NCBI GenBank assembly: GCA_951406725.2
Contig: OX597831.1
Location: 10,416,001-10,480,000 of the forward strand
Direction: 5' to 3'
DNA length: 64,000 nt
From: Octopus vulgaris
Lineage: Eukaryota
Both the position numbers and the translations under genes were made by a program. This document shows, piece by piece, positions 28,993-42,690 of the stretch (position 1 is its first letter; each line of letters opens with the position of its first letter). The notes beneath the pieces are model-generated. The model did not search any database. It was not told the origin of the DNA and was given only the letters and a program-made list of their open reading frames with translations.

Positions 28993-30453
28993 CATATATT
29001 AATTATGAGCTAAAGGTTATGCAACCGTCTAAGAGATAAATGTATCCCTAGGCACTACAGGTGTATTACCTATGTATAGGCATTGCTGCAAAATTAACAA
29101 TATTTGGTAATTCAATGGTAAACTGTGGTTTAATATATACAGATAAGGTAAGAGAAGGAATGGGGCAATATGTAACAACTAGAAGTTCATTATTAGTATT
29201 GAATGATCATAGTTTAATATGGTTAATATAGTATTTACCGCTGTTTCTGTTTGTATTTTTGAGGAAAACTTGTGTTTACCTTGTGTCAATTAAGAGACAT
29301 CATCAAAATGATTTGAAATTTACCAGAGGAATATTGAGAGGAGAAAAAAAAGGAAAGGAAAAAGGGAAAAAAGTTCCTTAGGTCGTTGCGTCCTTAATAG
29401 ATCGTTACGTGTGTGTACAGTTGCTTCAATAAGACGAATAGAGCAGTGAGTGGGGGAAATGACCAATTGACCGATGGTGTTAGTTGAAAGAGTTATACCT
29501 CGTAGTTATATCCAGTACCATTATTTGTAACGAATAAAGCTATTTGAGTCTGTTAGATAAGTCCCTATGATTACAAATGAATCCATAGTTAAAAATTAGG
29601 GACGCTCTTTAAAGTTTAAACATGAAACACGGTATACACCTGGGTTACGTAAATAGGTATCAGAAATAAAGTGTTGTTAGGTGTGGTCAGGTTTTACTAC
29701 ACGTTATACTATTATCATTCAATACGAATGATCATCTTTTAATTGTTACACGTTGATCCATTTCTTCTCATAACTTATCTGTATGTGTATGTATACACAC
29801 ACACACAAACAGAGACACACATATAAATTAGATAAAGGATTTGTTTGTTCCTATTTTAATCCGTTTGCCTTTCTACGATATAAAGTTTCGTTTCTGATCC
29901 TGCGGACAACATTGCCCTACATTTTCCTAGAATATTATCTTGACCAATATAGTACTACGTTATAAACTTTAGAATAACTGCCATCACAGTATTTATTGCC
30001 AGTCATATATTATCTCACGTTCCTCAGCCTTATTGCATGAGCCGACTTTGAATGATGAGGATTTAAATCTCCTTGTTTATCCAAGAATCTTAGAACCCGG
30101 TATTCTCACAAAGATATGTTTGTCACCCAAACTTTCACAATCCTATCATTGCATCATAGACTTCAGTTCTCTACGCTGGTTACTAAATATGTTTTAACCT
30201 CATAATTATGTGATTAATTTAAGTTCTATTGGATATCTTCATAGCGATTTCCTCTATATCTAGATAAATATAAACACCAGTGAAAATATATTTTTAATGT
30301 TAGTTTCCTACGAGCCAATGCGTGATATAACTATTCTAATAAATGTTTTACTGTTTTGTTTTATATAATTTGAGATAATGCATGCTTATACACACAATAT
30401 GCACCAGCACTCATGTATGAATGTATGTATAAATATATGCGTGTATGTATGTT

Positions 30454-30500
<47 letters not shown>

Positions 30501-30511
30501 CGTGCTTGTAT

Positions 30512-30556
<45 letters not shown>

Positions 30557-30699
30557 CTATGATGTTCTTGTTAAATATAGCTGTAGTGTATTGAACAATT
30601 AGAATTTTGCTTCTTTGCTTCACACCACAAGAGTATACTATTTGTTTCAAAGACTATATTATTTGTTTTAGATTATGATTATTTCAAAGGTATGTCATT

Positions 30700-31560
30700 A
30701 ATCTAATAAGAACGTTTCTGGAGTACATTCTATTTTTATACTTCCGCTACATTCCACATTGTATTATCTTCACAGTGTAGTATCTACTGGATACATTTCG
30801 CTTTCTCTACACATCATAATTAATTTCCTCAAATATTTATTATATGAATACTTCCCTTTAACTTCGGAATAAGATTTTATTTTACCTTTATTCTTTAATA
30901 TTAAATTCATAACTTTAATCATGAAGCTTTATTCTTGTTGGTACTTCTCATAGTATAATATTTCTATATATTTCCAACTTTATAAATGTGTCTATTATGT
31001 CTTGATCTTGTATTGCATTTCGACTTTCATGTTCATTCTGTCAGTCATTTTATCTTGTTTTCGATTATTTTAGTGCCACATCATTGGTTATTTCAAAAGC
31101 TTATTGCCTACGGTATAGTAATTATCTTAGCTATATTACTTCTATATTTCTATAGTTACATTGATAATATTTCAGCCACATAAGTGATTTGTTTGTGTAC
31201 CATTGCATTGCATATTTTGGGTATCATATATTTCTCATTTGATACCGATAAGAACTTGCTAAAGAAATATTTATTTGAAGTTCTCCACTCTTCAATCTGA
31301 AGCGTCTATAACTGTTTGCTTTTATGTTCACTAGAAACATTTTGAGAGGTTGCACCGACAATGCCTTGATTTCTATTATTAGGATTATGCTTTGGCATAA
31401 AGGTAGGAGCTCAAGCAATTTATATATCTGTAAGCCCTTAAGTTGTTTTCTTTCCATGTTTACCTCATCTTTTATTTCCATTTGCTTATTCATGAAAATA
31501 ACCAATTTATTATCAGTAACTCTGTTGGTGTCCATTAGTTGTCTTCGATTGAGTTAGCTT
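30700..31560 (-). pseudogene. Highly decayed non-LTR RT fragment (possibly R4/Dong-like)
   Basis: Coding-like minus-strand composition with many stops and frameshifts. Only weak resemblance to RT motifs. Confidence 0.3.
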
Positions 31561-33256
31561 TTCACTAGAAGCTGTAATTTTAATCCGAGTTGTTTCTTAA
31601 AAGATTTGCTTTACCAATAAATAATTCTTCCATAACATCTAAGAATTCAGTGTTCGCCATTTCAGTGTAATGCGTTTGTACCTTCCTTTCATCTAATAAA
31701 GGGCCATTGTGTACGTGGATTTACTGACCGGGTTTAGACTTAAGTAAATTGCCTTTGTTACTTTCTGTTTGAAATTTCCTGCGAGTCACATTCTTGGCAA
31801 AACTAAGACAACGTTATGCTTTTATTTAGAGGCTTGTCCGTTGTATTCTCGGAACATTCTAAGAATCGCTAAACTAGAATGTTTATTCCGTGGTGCAGGA
31901 AGTACAACTGCTGTAAATGCATCTTAAATGCAAGCACTAAATTGAAACTATTACTTTCGTATTGATCTAATCACGATGTATTTTTATTGATCTAATAACG
32001 ATGTATTTTTATTTTCCTACGCGACTTTTATCTTTATATGCCTTTTATAAAAGATTCTGTCCATTGGCAAACGCGTGATATACCGTAATGCTTTACAGTA
32101 CATTTTATCCTTTGCTTTCCGTTTCACGTTCTGCCTGTTTGTGGTGAGATTTTACGTTTGTTGCGAATACTTTACATATCAACATTACTGTTGATGTTTC
32201 CATACTTGATATAAAAAGATACAAATACACAAACTTATTATTGTTAGTAGATAACACGATTATCACTAACCACCTTTTCAATGAGAACTAAACTCTTCAT
32301 GAACATTTCCCTTTAACCAGGCTGCAAACACTGTGTTACATTGTTAAAGATCCATACAAACTATCGAATATTTATTCCGTTAGAAATAACCAATGACGAA
32401 ATATCGACGCGTGTGTTTCGTGTTTTCTTTCGACTACTCATTTTTTTCCATATAGAGAAGGTCTCAGACAATGCCAAGAAAACTTTTCTTTAATCTCAAA
32501 AAGCGAAACCAGAAAAGTGCAAGTTACATATTTACATACATATTGCGTTTGAGAATAAAATTCATATAAATATTGTTTCCTAACATATTATCTCTGACAC
32601 TATATCGATAAACATAGATTGATATAATCCGGTAATGTACACTCATATTACTTTGTGGATAATATCTAGCGAAAGACCGCATTTAGGTGCAGTTCGATGA
32701 TAACATCAAGGTTTACAGATGTAAGGTAACATATAGCGCCAAGAGCATACTGATAAAATAGATGTTATGTTTTGTAATTACACGTTTCTGCTACAAATAC
32801 ATAAAATTTGTAAATTTTATCATCAAATCTTCTGACATAGTTCCAAGTAGTATTTTGTTTAGGCCGTAGTATAGTTAATATAGTGAATTTGATGTGTTTT
32901 TCTTTCTTCTTTTCAGCGAAGCTCGACTTTGATAGAGAGGATCACGCAACAAAGATATGTTACCAGTAATGAAATCGCCCTCTTGTTAAGAATACAATTT
33001 TTTTTATCGTTTATTCCCTTTGCAGATTGGTATGGGTTTCATTTTGGAATATTTAGCTGTTATATTTAGGAAATCAAGTGACAAAGTGGCGAAACACTCT
33101 AATATTGGTCTAACGTCAATGCACAGACATATCCTTGCGCTGTTCATCATCGTCGTCGCCATTTGCAGCATATTTTTCGATGAACATTCTGTTGTCGGGC
33201 CACGACACCTAATTTATCACAGTTGTTAACTATTATGCCTATCACGTTATTTATCG

Positions 33257-33348
33257 TTGTCGTCGTCGTCATCATTTCTGTCATCAAACTCATCATCATC
33301 AGCAGCATCATCATTATCATTTCCATTAACACCACCACCACCACCACC

Positions 33349-33380
<32 letters not shown>

Positions 33381-33727
33381 TTCTATCACCAGCACCGCCA
33401 CCACCATCACCACCATCACCATCACCATCACCACCACCACCACCACCACCATCACCATCACCATCACCACCACCACCAGCACAAAAATCATCATCATCAT
33501 CGTCATCATCATCATCATCATCATCATTTCTATCACCAGCACCGCCATCACCATCACCATCACCACCACCACCACCACCACCACCACCATCACCATCACC
33601 ATCACCACCACCACCACCACCACCACCACCACCACCACCACAAAAATCACCATCATCATCATTTCTATCACAAGTACCACCACCACCACCACCACCACCA
33701 CCACCATCATCATCATTATCATCATCA
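33257..33727. repeat. (CAT/CAC)n compound repeat with higher-order units
   Basis: Anchors caaaatca and atttctatca each recur three times. Confidence 0.93.
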
Positions 33728-35188
33728 AGAAAAATCTGCGATTTGCTCCAAATGAAAAAAGTTTTGACTCTTCCCTTCTCCAGGACAAATCCTAGTGTTG
33801 CAGTTTTGCTCCTTTATCTCTGCCATGTACAAAGTAACAATAAAAATGTGCTGATTAAATTTTGAAGTGTATCTAACGGTTTTGAGCGTCTCTTAAATGG
33901 CGTATAAACACCTTCCTCACTGCAATTGTTTGTTTTAATTATTTTCTAAACTATCCAGAAATGTTTGGTTTTAAATGTTCTTTAATTCATTTATAGAATA
34001 TTTCCATATTAAGCGAAATTTCTCAGTCACCAATATAATTATTTAAAATTAGTTTTGTAATTGTATGACTCGTTTCTTCGCTAAACATCCAGCAATTTTG
34101 GATGATTAATTAATCCAGATTGCGTGAACCACTTGCCTCATGTTGATATATGTGGTAACGGGCTTGAACGAGTTTGATAATGATTATTTAAATTAGCAAC
34201 GAATAACTATTGTCACGTATTCCCTTTCGATCGCAGTTCTATACAATCTTAAAAGTTTGGTTAGCTTTATTCCCGAGGAAAGTTTATATACAAAAGAGTT
34301 AAATGACGGTGGAACTAGTTCAACATGGTGTGTTCTATATCCTATTATGATATTCTTTCTTCCGGTGATGCCCATTAAATTTACTAAATTCTTAATTAGA
34401 TATCATTGTGAAACTGTAGCTAATCACTGTGATTTATTATGGACTTGTCCTTATTGATTTGCATTGAACATATAAGTGTATTATATATAATATCTTTATA
34501 TTATTCTTTTATAATATTATTCATAATATTTTTAGTGATAAATGGATAGAAATATTTCATTTTCCTAATCTTCCTAATGCTAAACAACGTCGTAATAACT
34601 TTATCTGTGGATTAGTTAATCCTTTGATTGTTACATCGTCAAAAGCCATGATGTTCATCATTCTTAACATGCTTTCCTTTTCTGTGAAGTTACACTTGTA
34701 AATGAACGCTGTATACACATGTCTTTATTGAAATCACAAGATAGATGGCCCAGTAACATTAGCTGTACATACAATTATACAGAATAATAAATACAACGAA
34801 TATTGTGTAGAAAAAAATTAACAGAGATATAACGTTGAAGATATAATCTGTGAATATAGATAAAACATTTGCATAATAAATTAAATGACGACCGCAGAGT
34901 CAAATTCTAGAACACATAGAGAGTGTTACCAAAATAATACTGTACCAAATAAATCCAAAAAGATATGAAAAAAGGAACTATGTGGAAGTCATATATATGT
35001 AGAATACGGATGATTGTAGTGGCAATCATCTAAAGCAAGATTAATGTGAATGTATTAAAATCGATGGAATGATACGCAACAGAACAACAAAATCAACTTA
35101 AAGGACGAAATAATATGAAGAAATAGGGAGAACAATGAAATATAGACTTGGTCATTGCAACACAAATGAAAACATATGTGAACTGAAA

Positions 35189-35806
35189 TATTCTTTTCTA
35201 CTCTAGGAAACCGGCACGAATTTTTTGGAAAGAAGGCCAGCCGATTAGATTGACCCCAGTGCGTAACTGGTACTTAATTTATCGACTCCCAAAGGAGGAA
35301 AGGCAAAGTCGACCTCGGCGGAATTTGAACTCAGAACGTAAAGACAGACGAAATACCACTAAGCATCTCGCCGGGCGTGCTAACGATTGTTATTTCTTCA
35401 TTTGCCACAAGGAGCTAAACACAGAGAGGACAAACAATGACAGACAAAGGGATTAAGTCGATTACATCGACCCCAGTGCGTAACTGGTACTTATTTAATC
35501 GACCACGAAAGGATAAAAGGCAAAGTCGACCACGGCGGAATTTGAACTCACAACGTAGCGGCAGACGAAGTACCTATTTGTTTACTACCCACAAGGGGCT
35601 AAACACGGAGAGGACAAGCAAGGACAGACAAACGGATTAAGTCGATTATATCGACCCCAGTGCGTAATTGGTACTTATTTAATCTACCCAGAAAGGATGA
35701 AAAGCAAAGTCGATCTCGGCGGAATTTGAACTCAGAACGTAACGGCAGACGAAATACCACTAAGCATTTCGCCTGGCGTGCTAACGTTTCTGCCAGCTCG
35801 CCGCCT
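35189..35806 (-). mobile_element. SINE family B cluster: dimeric copy (35391-35806) abutting a variant-tail copy
   Basis: Three repeats of gaaaggcaaagtcgacctcggcggaatttgaactca. Head tctgccagctcgccgcc at ~35790. Confidence 0.9.
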
Positions 35807-36290
35807 TCAGAGATTTAACATATTAAGGCAAAACGTGACCTGAATACAGAAGTAATTAGTAAGTTCTAAGAAAAAGATAATGACATTTGAAGACTAAACA
35901 GAAACATAAATAATGCTGGAATATTTTGTCCATAAATGTCCGACCTAAAATTGAAAACCCTTTGTAATGATAACGATTGAATAAGCTTTACGCATCAAAA
36001 GTTATTAATAAGCTGCTTGTGTTTCTACAGCTTAAATATCCTGTTACCAATAGTATCATTATGTACAGCAAAGCAACTAAAACTCAGAGAAAAACAGATC
36101 GGATTATGAAAGATATATTTTTACATAGATCTCTTACAGTTCGAGAGAAACGAAGTGAAACATTATGAAGGGAAATCGATGGTCTTGACTCTGGAATTGA
36201 CTGAATACAAGAATGGTTTCCAGTGTTCTGCGAAAATGGATTTTCTAAATATTAATAATAACGTTAGTAATTAAATAATAGTCTTAATGA

Positions 36291-36645
36291 GCCTTTCTAC
36301 TATAGGCACAAGTCCTCAAATTTTGGGGGAGGGGACCAGTCGATTATATCGCCCCCATTGGTACTTAATTTATCTGTTTCTTTATTACCCACAGGGGGAT
36401 AAACGTAGAGGGGACAAACACGGACAGACAAACGGATTAAGTCGATTACATCGACCCCAGTGCGTAACTGGTACTTATTTTATCGACCCCGAAAGGATGA
36501 AAGTCAAAGTCGACCTCGGCGGAATTTTAACTCAGAACGTAACGGCAAACGAAATACGGCTACGCATTTCGCCCGGCGTGCAAACGGTTCTGCCAGCTCG
36601 CCACCTTCTTGGTACTTAATTTATCAACCCGGAAAGGATGCAAGG
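36291..36645 (-). mobile_element. SINE family B nested in an older family B copy
   Basis: 17-bp direct repeat ttggtacttaatttatc at 36358-36374 and 36609-36625 flanks the inner copy. Confidence 0.85.
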
Positions 36646-37026
36646 ATGCGAGTCCAATAGTAGTATTAATAATAATATGAATAACTTCATAATACTATGC
36701 ATAACAGCTACGTTAATATACAAAGTGAGATTAACCGATTAAAAGCTGTAGAAAAAAGCCAGAATGAATAAATTCTAACTAGCCTTGTCTCTATTAGAAC
36801 ATGGAGCCCCTATGTTTATCTTGTCTGGTACTTACTGTCTTTTGTATCTAATAAATATGTTTAAACTAGACTCGGTTCACTCTGTATCAAAAGTAACATT
36901 CTCTATGCGGAAACCAATATTTTTTTTTTACTGCCGATACAACAGTAAAAGCTAATAATTTCCCTTCTCTTACACTTGCATGACATCACTATTATGAATC
37001 TTTTATACACTGTTAATATCAAACAT

Positions 37027-37057
<31 letters not shown>

Positions 37058-38083
37058 TCACACACGATCATTATATAATTTATCGGCAAACAAGTTTAAA
37101 TGCTTTAGAAAAGAGGAAAAGACAAAAATCATGTCAGACAAAAAACAAAACAAAACAAAATAAAAGTAACAAAACAGCGGTCTAAACCAAATACATACTT
37201 AGACATACGTAGGAATGATCTTTATGTTGTTCAAGAAAGAAAAATTAAAGACAAACAAGGATTCTGCAATTGAGCGTTTTCAAGAATACGTTATAGTTAT
37301 AATATTTACTAATGGTCATGATTTGAATTAACAAGAGTAGTCTAGACAGAACTCTAAGAAACATAACGACTGCATTTATAATAATTCAACCAAAAATATG
37401 ACATAGATACATTACTCTTTTTATTTAATTCAATTGCAGAAAGCGTAGGATGTGAATATATCTAGAAAATCTATTATATAACATTCAAGATTATTCTTAC
37501 AAAGTACGAAATAAAAACCATTGGAAAATTAATATAAATAAGAAAATACGAACAAAGGAAACAACAGACTTCTTTGAGTGAAGGAACTAAAGAATAAAAA
37601 CAAAATTAATGAAGGGACGGACTGTAGCGAGACGGAAGCGGAAGAAACAATAGAAACTGTTAAACAGTAAACTAAAGATGTGACTACAGAATGATTAGAA
37701 AATTTCCAACATGGATTATACCTGACAGATTGAATAAGTAGCAGATAGATGAAGGTATATTGCGGCCATACTTGATAAGTTCAGCACTACATGCTGGGAT
37801 AAAGAACAGCAAAAAACAAAAACAGAAAGAGTGAAATATAAAGAGCAACACACGGAAAATAGTAAATGTATCGCCATGAATAGAAACAGCACTGACTGAA
37901 AGAAAATACAAGAAAACGGGTTTTGGCGGGGAGCGGGGTTTTTGGTAAGGACAGTCTTTCTGAGGATATCAAATTATACGGCCTCATACAAGAGGGAGAT
38001 AAATGGTCACTCCCTTTAGTATATTTTCGTGATATTCCCAATCTGTGAGATACACACAAACACACATATATATATATATATAT

Positions 38084-38297
38084 ATATTTCTTTACTGCCC
38101 ACAGTGGGCTAAACACAGACAAATAGATTAAGTCGATTGGATCGATCCCATTGCGAAACTGGTACCTTATTTATGGACCCCGAAAGGATGAAAGGCGAAG
38201 TCAACCTCGGCGGAATTTGAAATCAGAACGTAACGGCAGACGAAATACCGCTAAGCATTTCGCCCAGCGCGCTAAAGTTTTTGCCAGCTCGCCGACT
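38084..38297 (-). mobile_element. SINE family B monomer
   Basis: cgaaaggatgaaaggcgaagtcaacctcggcggaatttgaaatcagaacgtaacggcagacgaaataccgctaagcatttcgccc. Confidence 0.9.
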
Positions 38298-38299
38298 TC

Positions 38300-38331
<32 letters not shown>

Positions 38332-40351
38332 CAGTCTAGGATCTACATTTAAGCAACCTTATCTTTTTATTAACCACGGTACACTGCCAATAGTGGGGAT
38401 ATTATTCAACTGCATAAAAACCCTGCATTCTTTCATTAGATTTACACTCCACGCAAGCGTATCTTACATCTCTATTATTTACTGATATATTTCTTCATAT
38501 CAAGATTTATTTCGTGTAATGAAATATGCGAGCTGTTGCATTTCTTCTCAAAGAAATGCAATTTACGACGAGAAATTCCTACTCGCTATAAATATATTGA
38601 TGGAAATACGTTGTGAAATGTTTCTTGTTATGATTCTATATCCACCGAATTACCTGCCTTGTGGTAGCATGCCGCTCAGTGTGTTTAGCGTTAGAAACAG
38701 TGGAAAACGAAAATTATTTCTCATTAGAAGGAAATCATTCCTTTTGTTTTGGTTGAATTCATGCGAGGTTTTCTCGTCCACTCTTAATATCAGAGTGTTT
38801 CTTAGTCTCCACAGTTACCAATCTATAGATAGTTAGACGTGGTTCTTCTTCATGTTGCTTAACGTCAACTCAGACTTTACTGAATGTTCTTATGATATTA
38901 AAATCATTCCAACGGGAAACATCTGCTTTTTTCAAACAGTTGACGTCGGCGTACAGTGTGACGTTCTGTGACTAATGTAATTTGGTGTGATTTTGTGACT
39001 AATGTGGCTGCTGCAGCTTACTGAACAATCGGCCACTGAATCATACTTACTGGTAGGATTATACTTTTAACTCTCATCCTGTACTTTCAACTAACTCTTA
39101 TATATATTTAGTTCCCCTAACTCTCGCCATGGACGCTTCTCTCCTTCTTGTTTCTCCCTCTTTTTGTCTCCCTATTTGCCTTATTCTCTTTTTCTTACTC
39201 CTCTTTTTCCTTTTAAGTAATCACGCGAAATCTTTAGAATTACATTCCATCAACCTCATCACATGGACGCTTCTCTCTCACTATTTTTCTCCCTCCCTCT
39301 TTTTCATTCTCCCTTCTTCTTTTCCCCTCTTTCTCACAGGCGAAAGTGTTACTGACGGGCTAAGTAACGCAAAGACAAGCAGAATTATTATATACTAATA
39401 TCTGTTCTTTATTCATACAAAAGTACAAGTCCACATGTACTAAGACGGAGATACGACATAACTACATTTAAAAAGTAGTGTGGCTTATTTTAGTCAATCT
39501 CCTATTATGAAAGACTGAATTTAATTTTATTCCGTTCTGAAATAAAATAGCTTAAATACTAAATAAACAAATATAGAAATTTAAAAAAATCGTTTTCAAT
39601 TTCTTTACTATATTTTATATTTTTATTTACTAAATTTCAATCTTAATTAAGGATTGAAAAATCTTTTATTTTCACTTTTGCAAATATATTGCTATTCCAC
39701 GTTGCTTTCGTCCGTTTCTATGGTAATTTTATTCACGTGTATTTTTAGTGTTATCCGCTTTGCTTCGAGATTAATGCGACTGACTAGTGTATAAATTAGA
39801 TGATTAATCCTCCTGATGTTGACATCTGTTTCTATTTCTAAGATATTCTTCATCGTCTTGTTGCATTTCTTTCCAATAATTCTCCTTAATTTATGATCAG
39901 TACTTTTATTTTTTATTTTTGTCAATTACATTTCTTACAATTGTTTCATCTAGAGATATTGCAAATTTTTTTGTAGTTATTATACTGCTGTTTTTAATTA
40001 CAACGTGTATAACATTCCGTTATAATAATCTCCTGCTTTTCTGCCTACTGCAATAAGTCTCCTTTCAATATAAGAAGTCTGAAAGTGCTAGAAATTATAT
40101 TAAGTTCTCCTATACCGATATCAATTTTTATTGTTTAATTTACTTATATTTTCAGTTTTTTTTATTGGAATGGTTACATTTCAAATAAGGCAGGTGTTTT
40201 AGAAATTCTAGACTCGGTACATATTCAAACTCTTAAATTTTTAATTTATGGGAGATGACAAGTTTCGTTTAATTTTGTATTCTCTTAAATTATGGACTAC
40301 GTTCATGTCAGTGCATATCACTATTTCATATTATCTTTTATTCTAATTTGT

Positions 40352-40566
40352 TACTTGTTACAGTTAGTGGACTGCGGCCATACTGGATCACCACACTGAA
40401 GTGTCCAGTCACTCGCACGCTCTACAGTAACGAATTTGCTCTCGTCAATTATTCTATGAATGTCTTCTGCCGAACAGCTCGGTGACAAAAACGTAAACAT
40501 ACCAGGCTACAGAGAATGACGTACACACGTACAAACATAAACATGCACACACACACAGACACACAG

Positions 40567-40570
<4 letters not shown>
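40352..40570 (-). mobile_element. SINE family A, 3' half, degenerate
   Basis: gactgcggccatactggatcaccac...tgccgaac...acgtaaacatacca. Confidence 0.6.
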
Positions 40571-40627
<57 letters not shown>

Positions 40628-40630
<3 letters not shown>

Positions 40631-40830
40631 AGAGTTTACGAAAAGACCAAAAGACGAAGACAGGTGGTATACGAAACAAACTGATGTATTAGTTTAACGA
40701 TCAGGAATAGAACAAGTCTTTAATGTTTCGAGCCTACGCTCTTCTACAGAAAGGGACACAGAAAGAAACAAAGAGAGAAACAAGGAGATAATAAAATGTG
40801 TGTAGTGGCTAACGGTCTATCATGGCGACT
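40628..40830 (-). mobile_element. Short repeat family with hammerhead-like motif (same family as 53661-53803)
   Basis: Minus strand: cttt CTGTAGA a gagc-gtag-gctc GAAAC att aaaga. Downstream ctaatacatc...ccacctgtcttcgtctttt is shared with the 53.7-kb copy. Flanked by (TA)n. Confidence 0.6.
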
Positions 40831-41260
40831 GATATATATATATATATATGCACGCACGCACGCTCACACACACACATATACACACACAAGTTCCTATACA
40901 TATGTAAATATACACACAAATATATATTTATAAAAATTTGTTTTTTAAGGATTATGGTAAAATACGTTTTGTTTAGGCGACACGCCGTGGGATCCAATCC
41001 CAAACACCCTGCTTACAAAGCTTACTTCTTAATCACATATACTTAGCAGCACTTCAGTTATTTATCGTGTTTATTTTATATTCTGTCAGACTGTAAAATC
41101 TTCTCAAGCTAATTGTGAAATATAGAACAGAATACTTAATATAGAATAACTGTGATAAGACATCATCATACTTAATAAATATATTTCTCTGGCTAAGTTT
41201 ATTATTAAAAATCTCAGTATTTTAAGCGTACTTTCGGTAAAGTACGCGATGGCAAATTCG

Positions 41261-41482
41261 TTACTCTTTACTATTTTACTATTTTAATTGTTTCAGTCAT
41301 TTAACTGTGGCCATGCTGGAGAACCGCCTTTTTATTCGAGCCAATCGACACCAGAACTTATTCTTTGTAAGCCTAGTACTTATTCTATCGGTCTCTTTTG
41401 CCGAACCGCTAGGTTACGGGGACGTAAACACACCAGCATCGGCTGTCAAGCGATGTTGGGGGGGACAAACACAAGCACATAA

Positions 41483-41517
<35 letters not shown>

Positions 41518-41690
41518 CATATATATACATATATACGACGGGCTTCTTTCAGTTTCCGTCTACCAAATCCCCTCAAAAGACGTTGGTCGGCTTGAGGCTA
41601 TAATAAAAGACACTTGCCCAATGTGTCATGCAGTGGGAATGAACCCGGAACCATGTGGTCGGTAAGCAAGCTACTTACAACACAGCCACA
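41261..41690 (-). mobile_element. SINE family A, near full length
   Basis: Reverse complement of the copy at 45349-45742. Confidence 0.92.
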
Positions 41691-41764
41691 CCAATGGAAT
41701 GCGCTCGGCAACTTGCAAATTTCTGTGAATAGCCAACTGCGTTGGACCTTGGTCAAATACCATC

Positions 41765-42077
41765 TAACCCTTTAGTAGTGGCACTCCGTTGGTTACAATT
41801 CATTCGACGAGGGTTCCAGTTCATTCGATCAACCAAAATGCCTGCTTTTGAAATTAACTTGAAATTAGCGTACTTTTAGCGTAGATCTCAGGGAGATTTA
41901 GAGTGCCATAGAATGTGACAAGGGTGGCTCTTTGAAATACACGTACAAATTCCTTTTTGCCAGCTGGGTCAGCCATATGAAATAAAACGGCTTACTCATG
42001 GACACATCGCCCCACCGTTAATCGAACTCACGACCTTAGGATCGGGAGCTGATTACCCTACTTACTATGGTATGCAT
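41765..42077 (-). mobile_element. Third tRNA-derived CORE-like SINE family
   Basis: Minus strand tRNA-like head tagtaagtagggtaatcagctcccgatcctaaggtcgtgagttcgatt (B-box-like), followed by gtgtccatgagtaagccgttttatttca. Confidence 0.6.
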
Positions 42078-42207
42078 GGGCGACTGCTGGTCTTCCATAA
42101 ACAACCTTGCTCGGACTTGTGTTTAGGAGGGTAACTTTCTAGGTGCAATCCCATGGTCATTCATGACCGAAGGGGGTCTTTACCCTTTTTTTTATATACA
42201 TACATAA

Positions 42208-42263
<56 letters not shown>

Positions 42264-42299
42264 TATGTATGTGTGTGCGTATGTATACATGTATGTATG

Positions 42300-42690
42300 T
42301 GCCTCTTCTATTTTTCTAATTATTATAAATCCTCTACTGTGGAGGGAGCCAGTTTCCAGCAAAGACACATTGCTCCATCTTTGGGATGTAGTTAACACGG
42401 ACAAATTCGCATTTGGAACTTCAGAAAAGTCTTGCATATTTTTGCTGTTCCACTCATCGATTGCACTTGTAGTGTACGAATCAGTCGGTCGATTTCTCTT
42501 TCTGAAAATCCCAGTTTATCCAAATTCTCCTTTAAGCATTTACTAACAAAACCTAATGCTCCAATTATTATTGGTACGAATATGAATTCATAGTCTGGAT
42601 ATAGAAGCTGGAGGTTTCGAAGCAGTTGTCCATAGATATCCTCTTTTTCTTTGATTTTCAAAGCTATGTTTACATCTATGATGGTACATA
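42300..42690 (-). mobile_element. 3' end of an R4/Dong-like (REL endonuclease) non-LTR retrotransposon
   Basis: CTIIDV...KIKEKEDIYGQL...FVPIIIGALG is typical of REL-clade C-termini. Stop at 42392, short 3' UTR, embedded in TA/TG repeats. Confidence 0.75.

Noticed and set aside
31961-32013. 25-bp tandem duplication
   Set aside because: Ordinary slippage duplication.
33147-33865. Extensin- or mucin-like Pro/Ser/Thr ORFs
   Set aside because: (CAT/CAC)n repeat that is open in several frames on both strands.
35240-35806. Regularly recurring conserved blocks resembling a CRISPR array
   Set aside because: These are tandem SINE bodies with near-identical intervening sequence in a eukaryotic context, with no unique spacers or cas genes.
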